Positions 9,440 to 19,110 of a DNA stretch of 64,000 bases are shown piece by piece. Position numbers and translations under genes: made by a program. Source of the DNA: Candidatus Tectimicrobiota bacterium (GTDB lineage: Bacteria > JACPUC01); NCBI GenBank assembly GCA_016192455.1, contig JACPUC010000008.1, forward strand, positions 124,001 to 188,000, given 5' to 3'. Under the pieces are notes generated by a model that was not told the origin of the DNA, did no database searches, and worked only from the letters and a program-made list of their open reading frames with translations. Within the stretch, counting starts at the first letter, position 1, and every line of letters begins with the position of its first letter.

Positions 9440-9470
9440 TGCCGAGCCCAGTGCGGCTCGGCATTTTTTT
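9440..9470 (+). terminator. Intrinsic terminator after tatA
   Basis: TGCCGAGCC-cagtgc-GGCTCGGCA hairpin followed by T7. Confidence 0.75.
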
Positions 9471-9724
9471 CACCTGAGCCAGGCGGCGACGCTCTTCCCC
9501 TGCCGCAAGGCAGGCGGTTCGCGCCGCCGCGGCAACGCAACGCCGCGGGCGAGGAGAGGATGACGGTCGTCTCCCTTGTCGGGGCGAAGTTGCCGCGGGG
9601 GGTACAACTTCCCCGCCGCGTCGGCACTGCTCTCCGGCCCTACCAACAGAGAGGTCTTAGCACCGTGCGTGGCTGCCGGCGGCGACCTCATGACCGCAAC
9701 CTGAGACGCTTTCAGGCGTAACCT

Positions 9725-11962
9725 ATGATGCGACGGCTTGAAACGATCATCGAAATGGTCGGTTCCTACCACCCGGAGGACAACCTTGACCTCATCGGCA
9801 AGGCCTACGTCTTCACCGCCAAGGCGCACCGGGGGCAGGTGCGCCGCTCCGGCCAACCCTACCTCTCCCACCCCATGGAGGTAGGGGGCATCCTCGCCGA
9901 CATGAAGATGGATGCCATCACCGTCACCGCCGGCCTCCTGCACGACACCGTCGAAGACGCGAGCATTCAGATCAAGGAGCTGCGGGAGATTTTCGGCACC
10001 CATGTAGCCGATATCGTGGAGGGTTTGACGAAGATCAGCCAGATCGAGTTCGGCAGCCACCAGAAGCGGCAGGCCGAGAACTTCCGCAAGATGGTGCTGG
10101 CGATGGCCAAGGACATCCGCGTCATCATCGTCAAGCTGGCCGATCGGCTCCACAATATGCGCACGCTGGAGTACCTCAGCCCTGAGAAGCAGCGTCGCAT
10201 CGCGCGTGAGACCCTGGACATCTATGCGCCAATCGCCGATCGCCTCGGCATCGGCTGGGTGAAAAACGAGCTGGACGATATCTCCCTCTCCTACCTCGAC
10301 CCGCAGGCCTACCAGGAGATAGCCGCCCACGTGGCGAGCAACTTCGCGGCGCGTGAAGAGTATATCGCCAAGGTGACGAAGATCGTCTCCGACGAGCTCG
10401 CCAAGGAGGGGGTGCCGGCGACGATCAGCGGGCGACCGAAGCACTTCTACAGCATCTACCGGAAGATGCACGATCAACAGATCTCCTTCGACCAGGTCTA
10501 CGATATCGTCGCGTTGCGCCTCATCACCGACGAGGTGAAGCACTGCTACGCCAGCCTGGGCTTGATCCACTCCCTCTGGACACCGATCCCGGGACGTTTC
10601 AAGGACTTCATCGCCATCCCCAAGAGCAACCTCTACCGATCCCTGCACACCACGGTGATCGGTCCGGAGGGGAAGCGTGTCGAGTTTCAGATTCGCACGG
10701 AGGAGATGCACAGCATCGCCGAGAACGGCATCGCCGCGCACTGGCGCTACAAACAGGGCAGCCCGGCGGACGAGTCCATTGACCCCAAGTTCACCTGGCT
10801 GCGGCACCTCATCGAGTGGCAACAAGACCTGAAGGACCCCCAAGAGTTCCTCGACACGGTGAAGATCGACCTCTTCCCCGACGAGGTCTACGTCTTTACG
10901 CCGCGCGGCGAGGTGAAGGCGTTTCCTCGCGGGGCCACCCCCATCGACTTCGCCTACGCCGTGCATACAGAGATCGGCAACCATTGCGTGGGGTGCAAGC
11001 TGAACGGCCGCATGGTGCCGCTGAAGAGCGAATTGAAGAACGGCGAGATCGTCGAAATCCTCACCTCCTCACGGCACGTTCCCAGCAAAGACTGGCTGAA
11101 GATCGTCAAGACCAGTCGCGCCAAGGCGAAGATTCGGGCCTGGATCAAGAAGGAGCAGAAGGATCGCAGCATCGCCTTCGGCTGGGAGCTTTGCGAACGC
11201 GAGCTGCACCGTTGCGGCCTCAGCCCGGCTCAGACGCTGAAGGGAAAACAGGGCGTCGAGCTGGCGAAACGCTTCGGGTTCCTCACCCTCGATGACCTGA
11301 TGGGCGCCATTGGGTATGGCAAGGTGTCGGCCAAGCAGGTGGCGGCGAAGCTACTCGCGGAGCGGGCCGCGGAGCAGCCCGCTGGGCAGGAGAACGGCCA
11401 GGCCGAGATCGCGCCCAAGCCCCAACCCGCGGCGGCCAAGAAGCTCGGCGCGCCCGGCGGGGTGAAGCTCGACGGCATCGACAACGTCTTCATCCGTTTC
11501 GCTCGCTGTTGCAACCCGGTGCCGGGCGACTCCATCGTCGGCTTCATCACCCGAGGGCGCGGCGTCACCGTGCACGTGCACGACTGCCCCACCCTCCTTG
11601 ATGAAGGCGTGGAGACGGAGCGGCGCGTCGAGGTCGAGTGGGTTCAAGAGACCAGCGGCGAGCGCCGGCCGATGAAGATCTGCGCCGTCACCGAGGATCG
11701 CACCGGCATCCTCAGCGAGATTTGCAGCGCCATCTCCGCCAGCCAGGCGAATATCACCCAGGCCAACGTTGCCACCACCGAGGACAACCGGGCCTTCCAT
11801 GAGTTCTCGGTGGAGATCACCGATCTTCCCCACCTGCGTCGCGTGCTCGACGCCATCCGCAAGGTGAAGGGGGTCGAATGGGTGGAGCGGGCCCGAACGC
11901 GCCCGACGCGCTCTCGGCGGGCCTTGCGCTCCTACCTCAATCGGCGGCAGATCAAAGCCTAG
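9725..11962 (+). CDS. spoT: Bifunctional (p)ppGpp synthetase/hydrolase (Rel/SpoT homolog)
   Basis: Intact HD motif (LLHDTVED), RFKD synthetase motif, EFQIRT, TGS (DFAYAVHT), CCNPVPGD and ACT domain. Confidence 0.95.
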   Translation: MMRRLETIIEMVGSYHPEDNLDLIGKAYVFTAKAHRGQVRRSGQPYLSHPMEVGGILADMKMDAITVTAGLLHDTVEDASIQIKELREIFGTHVADIVEGLTKISQIEFGSHQKRQAENFRKMVLAMAKDIRVIIVKLADRLHNMRTLEYLSPEKQRRIARETLDIYAPIADRLGIGWVKNELDDISLSYLDPQAYQEIAAHVASNFAAREEYIAKVTKIVSDELAKEGVPATISGRPKHFYSIYRKMHDQQISFDQVYDIVALRLITDEVKHCYASLGLIHSLWTPIPGRFKDFIAIPKSNLYRSLHTTVIGPEGKRVEFQIRTEEMHSIAENGIAAHWRYKQGSPADESIDPKFTWLRHLIEWQQDLKDPQEFLDTVKIDLFPDEVYVFTPRGEVKAFPRGATPIDFAYAVHTEIGNHCVGCKLNGRMVPLKSELKNGEIVEILTSSRHVPSKDWLKIVKTSRAKAKIRAWIKKEQKDRSIAFGWELCERELHRCGLSPAQTLKGKQGVELAKRFGFLTLDDLMGAIGYGKVSAKQVAAKLLAERAAEQPAGQENGQAEIAPKPQPAAAKKLGAPGGVKLDGIDNVFIRFARCCNPVPGDSIVGFITRGRGVTVHVHDCPTLLDEGVETERRVEVEWVQETSGERRPMKICAVTEDRTGILSEICSAISASQANITQANVATTEDNRAFHEFSVEITDLPHLRRVLDAIRKVKGVEWVERARTRPTRSRRALRSYLNRRQIKA

Positions 11963-12031
11963 CGCATCCCCTAAGTTCCATCACCTAATTCTGCGGGACC
12001 TTCTCCCCTCACGCACCCGCAAGGGCTGATC

Positions 12032-12089
12032 GTAGGGGCGGGGCTTCCCCGCCCGAAACCAAGGCGGCGAGGGAACCTTGTCCCCTCGC
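12032..12089. repeat. GTAG-type REP-like palindrome pair
   Basis: GTAG followed by the GGGCGGGG-ctt-CCCCGCCC hairpin, then a second hairpin GCGAGGG...CCCTCGC. Confidence 0.45.
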
Positions 12090-12496
12090 GCACCCCGCTT
12101 ACGCAAGCCGCTACGCAGCTCGCGGGGAGGAGGGGTGTGGGAGAGCCTGGGCCCCTCACCAGCCCCTTGGCAATGCAGCGAACAACGCCGCACATAGGTG
12201 CGCGAACGTGCGAGACGCCACACGAGCCCGCCGCATCGCACGGCCTCCCCACGCCGCCTCTCCGCCTCCTTCCAGGTCCCATCTCGGACGCGCCGCGCCC
12301 TGCGTCGCAGCGATGGCCATGCCGCAAATTTTGGGCGGCGAGCCTCGAAATCACCTTGCAGCAGATCGCCTGCCTGTTCATACTGGAAGAGATTTACCCC
12401 GTAGAGCGGGGCGTGAGAGAGCGGCGCTTCTCTTCGCGGCAGGTCGTGCGGCGACCTTAGGTCTGAAGCCTCAGGGATGAAGGTTTCCAGGTAGAA

Positions 12497-12526
12497 TTGA
12501 CAGCGCGGCAGGAGATTGGCTATAGT
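12497..12526 (+). promoter_or_regulatory. sigma70 promoter about 560 nt upstream of coxB
   Basis: TTGACA-N18-TATAGT. Confidence 0.55.
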
Positions 12527-13084
12527 TCGTCTTTGTTGTTGCCGGAAGTTCTACTATTTACTGTGAGCATGCGCGCCACCGGAGGAGCCTCATGCCGGCA
12601 CGGAGGCCAGCCTCTCCCGGGTTGCACGAAGAGAGCCTGAGTTTCTCTTCTCCACGCAGGCGAGGGTGATGCAGTTCGTGTCATGGTGCCGCTGCGGGCA
12701 CCTAGCCTATAGATGGTGATGTTATTTCAGGGGGAAACGCGCCGCGGTGGTGCTAAGGAGGGTTGCTGAGGGTTGGTACGAAGTGGCCCGCCGTGCTGAG
12801 CCGGGCGGATTTCTACCAAATTCTTAGCCCACTCACGACTCAGTCGCCGCAAGTGCCCGCCCATCCCTGAGAGTGCCTGACTCATAACGTTTGGCTCCGC
12901 GCCCTTAACACATGGCCCAGAGACAGCCCGCCAGGAGGCCAGGATTGCCGTCGCGGCTGAAGCCTGCGAGGCCCGCCGCGGCCCGCCTCCGTCGACGGCG
13001 GCGGCTGGTTTCGGCTCCTGCTCGGCGTCGGGCAGATTTGCCGTTTCGACACCGCGCTGATCCCCAGAGGAAGGAAACCGCCAC

Positions 13085-13756
13085 ATGCTGAGTTGGCTCC
13101 CTGAGAATATCGCCTCGTACGGCGACAAGATCGACTCGCTCATGTACCTCGTGTACTACATCACGGGGACGGCCTTCGTGGTCACCGAGCTGGCTCTGAT
13201 CATCTTCCTCATCCTCTACCGGAGGAAACCGGGCCGACCGGCCGCCTACATCACCGGGAACCGCGCCAGGCAGGCGCTCTGGACCCTCGTCCCCCTGGCC
13301 GTCATCCTGGCGATCGACCTCTCCCTCGACTTCAAGGGGACGCCAGTGTGGAACGAGGTCAAGGCGGCGATCCCGCCGAGCAACGTCTTGGTTCAGGTGC
13401 AGGCCAAGCAGTTCAATTGGGAGGTCCACTACCCGGGCCCCGATGGCAAGCTCGGCACGGCTGATGACCTCGTCATGGACAACCAGCTCCATGTGCCGGT
13501 CAACCAGGTGGTGAAGGTCCGCCTCAAGTCGCAGGATGTCATCCACAGCCTCTTCCTGCCAAACCTGCGCTTCAAGCAGGATGTCCTCCCTGGGCGCGAG
13601 ATCGACGGCTGGTTCAAGGCCACCAAGACCGGCACCTACCCGATGCCCTGCGCGGAGCTCTGCGGCTTCGGACATTCCGGCATGTACGGCCAGATCACGG
13701 TCCACAGCGCCGAGGACTACCAAGCCTGGGTTCGGCAGCAGTGGCCCTCCTCGTAG
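13085..13756 (+). CDS. coxB: Cytochrome c oxidase subunit II
   Basis: Two TM helices, DVIHS, CuA motif CAELCGFGHSGM. Confidence 0.95.
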   Translation: MLSWLPENIASYGDKIDSLMYLVYYITGTAFVVTELALIIFLILYRRKPGRPAAYITGNRARQALWTLVPLAVILAIDLSLDFKGTPVWNEVKAAIPPSNVLVQVQAKQFNWEVHYPGPDGKLGTADDLVMDNQLHVPVNQVVKVRLKSQDVIHSLFLPNLRFKQDVLPGREIDGWFKATKTGTYPMPCAELCGFGHSGMYGQITVHSAEDYQAWVRQQWPSS

Positions 13757-13831
13757 CCGCTGGCAGGGCCGAGCCGCGGACGCCACCGTGAACCGCCACA
13801 GGTTGGTGCGATTCCAGAGAGAGGTTCCCCG

Positions 13832-15622
13832 ATGAACGAAACCGCCGCCGTTGCGCACGCCACGCATGAATCCCCTGGATTCGTGCGGACCTACCTCTTC
13901 TCCACCGATCACAAGATGATCGCCAAGCAGTTCCTCTGGCTCGGCTTGATCATGATGCTGCTGGGCGGGCTGCTGGCCCTCATGGTGCGCTGGGAACTCG
14001 CCTGGCCCGAAACCCAGCTTCCTCTCATGAACCTCATCTCCGAGAAGACCTGGGAGGCCCTCAACGAATCCGGCTCCTGGATCGCCCGCATGATCCCCAA
14101 TGGCTTTATCAGCCCGGAATCCTACAACTCGCTGTTCACCATGCACGCCACGATCATGGTCTTCCTCGTGGTCATGCCCATTCTCGTCGGCACCTTCGGC
14201 AATTTCCTCATCCCGCTGCAGATCGGCGCGCCGGACATGGCCTTTCCGGTCCTCAACATGCTGTCGTTCTGGACCACGGCGCTGGGTGGCCTGGTGATGC
14301 TCGCCGGCTTCTTCGTCCCGGGCGGACACGCCGCCGGCGGCTGGACCGCCTATGCCCCCCTCTCGGCCCAGGCGATCTACACCGGCGTCAACTGGGGCCA
14401 GCACCTCTGGCTGATCAGCCTCTTCATCCTGGGCGTCGGCTCGCTCATGGGCTCGATCAACTACATCACCACCGTCATCAACATGCGGGCCCGCGGCATG
14501 ACCTGGTTCCGCATGCCGTTGACCATCTGGTCGTTGTTCATCACCGCCGTCCTCCTGCTCTTCGCGCTTCCCGTGCTGCAGGCGGCGGCCGTCCTGCTGC
14601 TCTTTGACCGCACCCTGGGAACGAGTTTCTACCTCCCCGCCGGCGGCGGCGAGCCGCTGCTCTGGCAGCACCTCTTCTGGTTCTTCGGGCACCCCGAAGT
14701 CTACGTCCTCATCCTGCCCGCCATGGGGATTGTCTGCGACATCCTGCCCGTTTTCTCCCGCAAGCCGATCTTCGGCTACAAGGCCATGGCCGTGGCGATG
14801 ATCTCGATCGCCTTCCTCGGCTTCATCGTCTGGGGCCACCACATGTTCATCAGCGGCATGAACCCGAGCCTAGCGGTGGGCTTCTCGATCACCACCATCC
14901 TCATCTCGGTGCCCGCCGCCCTCATCACCATGAACTGGATCGCCACCCTCTTCCGCGCTTCGATCCGCTTCACCACCCCGATGCTGTTCGCCCTCGGGGT
15001 GGTCTCGATGTTCATCATCGGCGGCCTGTCGGGCATCTTCCTGGGACTGGCGCCGACCGATATCTTCCTCCACGACACCTACTTCGTCGTAGCCCACTTC
15101 CACTATATCGTCTTCGGGTTCAGCATCCTCGGCATCTTCGCCGGCATCTATTTCTGGTTCCCGAAGATGTTCGGCCGCAAGCTGAACGAAACGCTGGGGA
15201 AGATTCACTTCCTCGCCACCTTCATCACCTTCAACCTGGTCTTCTTTCCGATGCACATGCTGGGCATCGGCGGCCACATGCGCCGCATCTACAACCCGCT
15301 GCAGTACCCCTTCCTGGAGCCGCTGCAGCCGATGAACGTCTTCATCACCGTCAGCGCCTTCCTCCTCGGGGCATCGCAGATTCTCTTCATGATCAACTTC
15401 TTCTGGGGCCTGGCCGGGAAGAAGACGTGGGAGCAGAACCCCTGGGAGGCGAATACCCTGGAGTGGACGGCCGCGCCGCCGCGGCCGCCGCATGGGAACT
15501 TCCTCACGCCGCCGATCGTGCATCACGGTCCTTATGTCTACAGCCTGCCTGGGAGTACGCAGGACTGGGCGCCGCAGAACGAGGAGCTCCCAGGCAAGCT
15601 TGCCAGGGCCGCCGCCGGCTAG
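13832..15622 (+). CDS. coxA: Cytochrome c oxidase subunit I (A1-type GHPEVY)
   Basis: STDHK, FTMHATIM, GAPDMAFP, FGHPEVY, WGHHM, HDTYFVVAHFHY and MRRIY. Confidence 0.96.
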   Translation: MNETAAVAHATHESPGFVRTYLFSTDHKMIAKQFLWLGLIMMLLGGLLALMVRWELAWPETQLPLMNLISEKTWEALNESGSWIARMIPNGFISPESYNSLFTMHATIMVFLVVMPILVGTFGNFLIPLQIGAPDMAFPVLNMLSFWTTALGGLVMLAGFFVPGGHAAGGWTAYAPLSAQAIYTGVNWGQHLWLISLFILGVGSLMGSINYITTVINMRARGMTWFRMPLTIWSLFITAVLLLFALPVLQAAAVLLLFDRTLGTSFYLPAGGGEPLLWQHLFWFFGHPEVYVLILPAMGIVCDILPVFSRKPIFGYKAMAVAMISIAFLGFIVWGHHMFISGMNPSLAVGFSITTILISVPAALITMNWIATLFRASIRFTTPMLFALGVVSMFIIGGLSGIFLGLAPTDIFLHDTYFVVAHFHYIVFGFSILGIFAGIYFWFPKMFGRKLNETLGKIHFLATFITFNLVFFPMHMLGIGGHMRRIYNPLQYPFLEPLQPMNVFITVSAFLLGASQILFMINFFWGLAGKKTWEQNPWEANTLEWTAAPPRPPHGNFLTPPIVHHGPYVYSLPGSTQDWAPQNEELPGKLARAAAG

Positions 15623-15759
15623 TCGGCCCGCGGCCGCGCTCGAGATGACCGTCGTGGCGTCGCTGCTCCGCGGATGAGGCAAGGGCCCCGCCCAGAGGCG
15701 GCCACCGCGTCCATCGCCGCGCTTCTCGTGAACGAGAATGTCGCGTAGGAAGAAGAACC

Positions 15760-16794
15760 ATGCCGGCAGGTTTCCCGGCCACACGCGAGCATCAGCCTGA
15801 CGCCGCCGGGGCGGCCGCCTCCCGCGCGCTGCACCACTACACCATCGCCACGGCCGCCGCCACGCTCTTCCTCATCTTCGTGGGGGGGCTGGTCACCAGC
15901 ACGGGGTCGGGGCTGGCAGTGCCGGACTGGCCTCTCTCCTTCGGGCGCCTCTTCCCGCCCATGGTCGGCGGCGTCTTCTACGAGCACGGGCACCGCATGG
16001 TGGCGGCCTCGGTCGGCATTCTCACCGTCATCCTGGCGATCTGGGTCTGGCAGCGGGAGCCGCGACCGTGGGTCCGCCGCCTCGCCGCCGCAAGCCTGGC
16101 GGCGATCATCGTGCAGGGGTTGCTCGGCGGGCTCACCGTGCTGCTGCGGCTGCCCACGGCGGTCTCGGTGCTGCATGCCAGCCTGGCGCAGTTCTTCTTC
16201 GGCCTCGTGGTGACGCTGGCGGTCTGCACGGGTCCCTGGTGGCGGCGCCTTGAGCAGCACGGCGCAGCCGTGGTGACGGAGGCGGCGGGCCCGCGCGGCT
16301 CCGCCGGCATGCTCTTCCTCGGCAGCCTGCTCACCACGCTCCTCATCTACGCCCAGATCATTCTTGGGGCGGTAATGCGACACCTCGGCGCCGGGCTGGC
16401 GATTCCAGACTTCCCCCTGGCGTTCGGCCGCTTGGTGCCCCCCCTCGCCTTCCCGCCGGTCATCATCCATTACCTGCATCGGCTCGGCGCGCTCGCCGTC
16501 ACGCTCGCCGTCATCTACCTGGTGACGCGCGTGCGCGCCCGCAGCGGTCCCCACGATGGCCTGCGGGGAACGGCCTGGATGCTCCTCGGGATACTCTTCG
16601 CGCAGCTTGCCCTGGGCGCGGCGACGATCTGGAGCCATCGTGCCGTGCCTCCCACCACGCTGCACGTTGCGGGAGGCGCCGCACTTCTGGCCGTCAGCCT
16701 CATCCTGACCCTGCGTTCGTTCCGCGTCTGGCGAGCCGCCGCCGGGCGCTTCGCCGCCACGCATGGCCTCATCTCGGAGCAGGCGCCGGCATGA
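15760..16794 (+). CDS. ctaA: Heme A synthase (COX15/CtaA family)
   Basis: GGLVTSTGSGLAVPDWP, EHGHRM, LHASLAQ, HYLHRLGA and TLHVAGG. Confidence 0.9.
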   Translation: MPAGFPATREHQPDAAGAAASRALHHYTIATAAATLFLIFVGGLVTSTGSGLAVPDWPLSFGRLFPPMVGGVFYEHGHRMVAASVGILTVILAIWVWQREPRPWVRRLAAASLAAIIVQGLLGGLTVLLRLPTAVSVLHASLAQFFFGLVVTLAVCTGPWWRRLEQHGAAVVTEAAGPRGSAGMLFLGSLLTTLLIYAQIILGAVMRHLGAGLAIPDFPLAFGRLVPPLAFPPVIIHYLHRLGALAVTLAVIYLVTRVRARSGPHDGLRGTAWMLLGILFAQLALGAATIWSHRAVPPTTLHVAGGAALLAVSLILTLRSFRVWRAAAGRFAATHGLISEQAPA

Positions 16795-17696
16795 TGATCC
16801 AATCGCAGACCTTCTCTTTGGAGCGGGAGACCATGCGGCAACGCGTGGCGGACTACCTGACGCTCACCAAGCCGCGCGTGGTGCCCATGGTGCTGCTGGC
16901 CACGGCGATCGGCTACTACCTCGGCGTTGGCGCCGAGGCGAGCTGGTGGCCGCTGCTGCATACGCTCATCGCCACCGCCCTCGCCGCCGGGGGCACGATG
17001 GCACTGAACCAGTACCTGGAGCGCGATCTCGACGCCCTCATGCAGCGCACCTGCCGACGCCCCCTCCCCGATGGGCGCCTGCAGCCGCGGGCGGCTCTCA
17101 TCTTCGGCACCCTCCTCATCTCGGCGGGGCTGCTCCACCAAGCCGCCGCGGTGAGCCTGCTGAGCGCCTCGGCGACTGCCACCACGGTCGCCGGCTACCT
17201 CTTCGCCTACACGCCGCTGAAGTCGCGGACACCGTGGTGCAGCATCCCGGGCGCCCTCGCCGGCGCGCTGCCGCCGGCAACCGGCTGGATCGCCGCGCGG
17301 GGAACCATCAACGTCGAGACGGCGGTCCTCGTGGCCCTCCTCTTCGTGTGGCAGTTGCCGCACTCCCTGGCCATCGCCTGGCTGTACCGAGAAGACTACG
17401 CGCGGGCCGGCTTCCGATTGCTGCCAGTGGTGCAGCCCGATGGTCGCAGCACGGCGCTCCAGGTGGCGCTCAACAGCGTCGCCCTCCTCGCCGCGGGCCT
17501 CCTTCCCAGCCTCGTGGGGATGACCGGCAGCACCTCCTTCTTCGTTGCTCTCGGTCTCGGCGCGGCCTTTCTGGCCTGCTGCCTGCACTTGGCGCTGCGC
17601 CTCTCGAACGCCGCGGCGCAGCGCGTGGTCCTCGCCTCGCTCCTCTACCTGCCGGTGCAGTTCGCCATCATGGCCTGGGATAAGGTGCCGTGGTGA
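16791..17696 (+). CDS. ctaB: Protoheme IX farnesyltransferase (heme O synthase)
   Basis: LTKPR, NQYLERDLDALM.RT..RPLP.G, YTPLK, WQLPH and DYARAG. Confidence 0.95.
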   Translation: MMIQSQTFSLERETMRQRVADYLTLTKPRVVPMVLLATAIGYYLGVGAEASWWPLLHTLIATALAAGGTMALNQYLERDLDALMQRTCRRPLPDGRLQPRAALIFGTLLISAGLLHQAAAVSLLSASATATTVAGYLFAYTPLKSRTPWCSIPGALAGALPPATGWIAARGTINVETAVLVALLFVWQLPHSLAIAWLYREDYARAGFRLLPVVQPDGRSTALQVALNSVALLAAGLLPSLVGMTGSTSFFVALGLGAAFLACCLHLALRLSNAAAQRVVLASLLYLPVQFAIMAWDKVPW

Positions 17697-17805
17697 TGCG
17701 GGTGGGAAGTACGAGGAAGGGTGAGTTGGACGCGGGGGAGGACGTACCGGCAGGCGATAGCGTGCGAGGAACGACTGCTCGTTCCTCTGGAGGAGGAGGA
17801 GTACC

Positions 17806-18492
17806 GTGACCTCCCTGCTCAAAGATCAGCCGCCGAGGGCGGCGCCGGCGCAGCCCCTGCCGGGCGCTCCGCCACCCCCCGGACGGCGACCAGGCTGGGG
17901 AGATGACGAGGGAGGGCCGCGGCGCGACGACTCGCCGATGCCAGGCATGGCAACCGCGCAGCTCGGCATGCTGATGTTCCTCGCCGCGGAGGGGATGCTC
18001 TTCGCCGGGTTCATCGGCGCGTTCCTCGTCTTTCGCTTCGGCAACGCAAGCTGGCCGCCGCCCATGCAACCGCGCCTGCCGGTGGCGGTGACCGGCGTCA
18101 ATACCGCAATCTTGTTGCTGAGCGGCTACACGATGATCCGTGCCCTGCGCGCGGCGGCGCGCCGCAAGCCCGCGCAGCTCCGCGCCTCCATCATCGCCAC
18201 GGCGCTGCTCGGCATCCTTTTCCTCGCCGTCCAGGGGTATGAGTGGGTGCGGCTGGTGAGCTTCGGCCTCACCATGGCCTCCGGCATCTATGGCGCCACG
18301 TTCTATACCCTCATCGGCACGCATGGGCTGCATGTGGTGGGCGCCGTCACCTGGCTGCTCATCATCTCCCTCCTCCTGGCGAGGAGCCGCTTCCGCCCGG
18401 CGCGGCGGCTGCCGCTCGAACTCTGCGGCATGTACTGGTTCTTCGTCGTGGGGGTCTGGCCGCTGCTCTACGTCCTCGTTTACCTCCACTAA
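17806..18492 (+). CDS. Cytochrome c oxidase subunit III family protein (first copy)
   Basis: FLAAEGMLF, NTAILLLSG, FY.LIG.HGLHV and YWFFV; strong GGAGGAGG RBS. Confidence 0.9.
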   Translation: MTSLLKDQPPRAAPAQPLPGAPPPPGRRPGWGDDEGGPRRDDSPMPGMATAQLGMLMFLAAEGMLFAGFIGAFLVFRFGNASWPPPMQPRLPVAVTGVNTAILLLSGYTMIRALRAAARRKPAQLRASIIATALLGILFLAVQGYEWVRLVSFGLTMASGIYGATFYTLIGTHGLHVVGAVTWLLIISLLLARSRFRPARRLPLELCGMYWFFVVGVWPLLYVLVYLH

Positions 18493-18669
18493 GCGCGGCG
18501 ACCCTTCGAGAAGGGAGGGGAAGGGCGATGGGGGAAAGGCGGGGAACATGCCGGACGGAGGCGCAGGCCCAAAGGCGCCCGACATGTGGCGCGGCGGTAG
18601 GCTTGGGTCCGCGGCACGCGCAGAGGGTCCAACGCGCAGCCGGGCTTCGGCTGCGAGGAGGATAGACAG

Positions 18670-19110
18670 ATGGTCATCGGGCGGTCTCGCAGGAGTTATC
18701 TAGCAGTCCTAGCGCACTCCCTTTCGCCACGCCTCGGGAGCGTGGCGGGAGCGATTATCCGGACTCTCGTGGGCGGAGTCGGATTGGCCGGGGCGACGGT
18801 GGCCGGCGGGGCGCTCCTCCTGGCACCGGCGGAGGCTTTCGCCTGCGCGGTCTGTTGGATCGCCGATGATCCTTTGGGCAACGGCTTGTTCTGGAGCACC
18901 CTCTTCCTTGCCGGCGCGCCGTTCATGCTCGGTGGCGGCATGATCGGCCTGGTGCTCTACTTGCAGCGGCGCCAGGCCAGGTCGCAGTCGCCAACGAGGG
19001 AAGCGGCGCAACCATACCTGGCGACGAGCCTCCACCCACGGATGCGCGGCGAGCCGATCTGGTCCTTGAGAGACCGACTCGTCCAAACTGCTCGGGAGGA
19101 ACGGAATTGA
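18670..19110 (+). CDS. Small membrane protein with CxxC in the cox operon (start uncertain)
   Basis: Signal-like segment ending AEAFA, then CAVC and one TM helix; stop overlaps the TTG start of the next gene. Confidence 0.6.
   Translation: MVIGRSRRSYLAVLAHSLSPRLGSVAGAIIRTLVGGVGLAGATVAGGALLLAPAEAFACAVCWIADDPLGNGLFWSTLFLAGAPFMLGGGMIGLVLYLQRRQARSQSPTREAAQPYLATSLHPRMRGEPIWSLRDRLVQTAREERN

Noticed and set aside
9470-10984. 504-aa minus-strand ORF
   Set aside because: Antisense to rel/spoT.
12905-14842. 645-aa minus-strand ORF
   Set aside because: Antisense to coxB/coxA.
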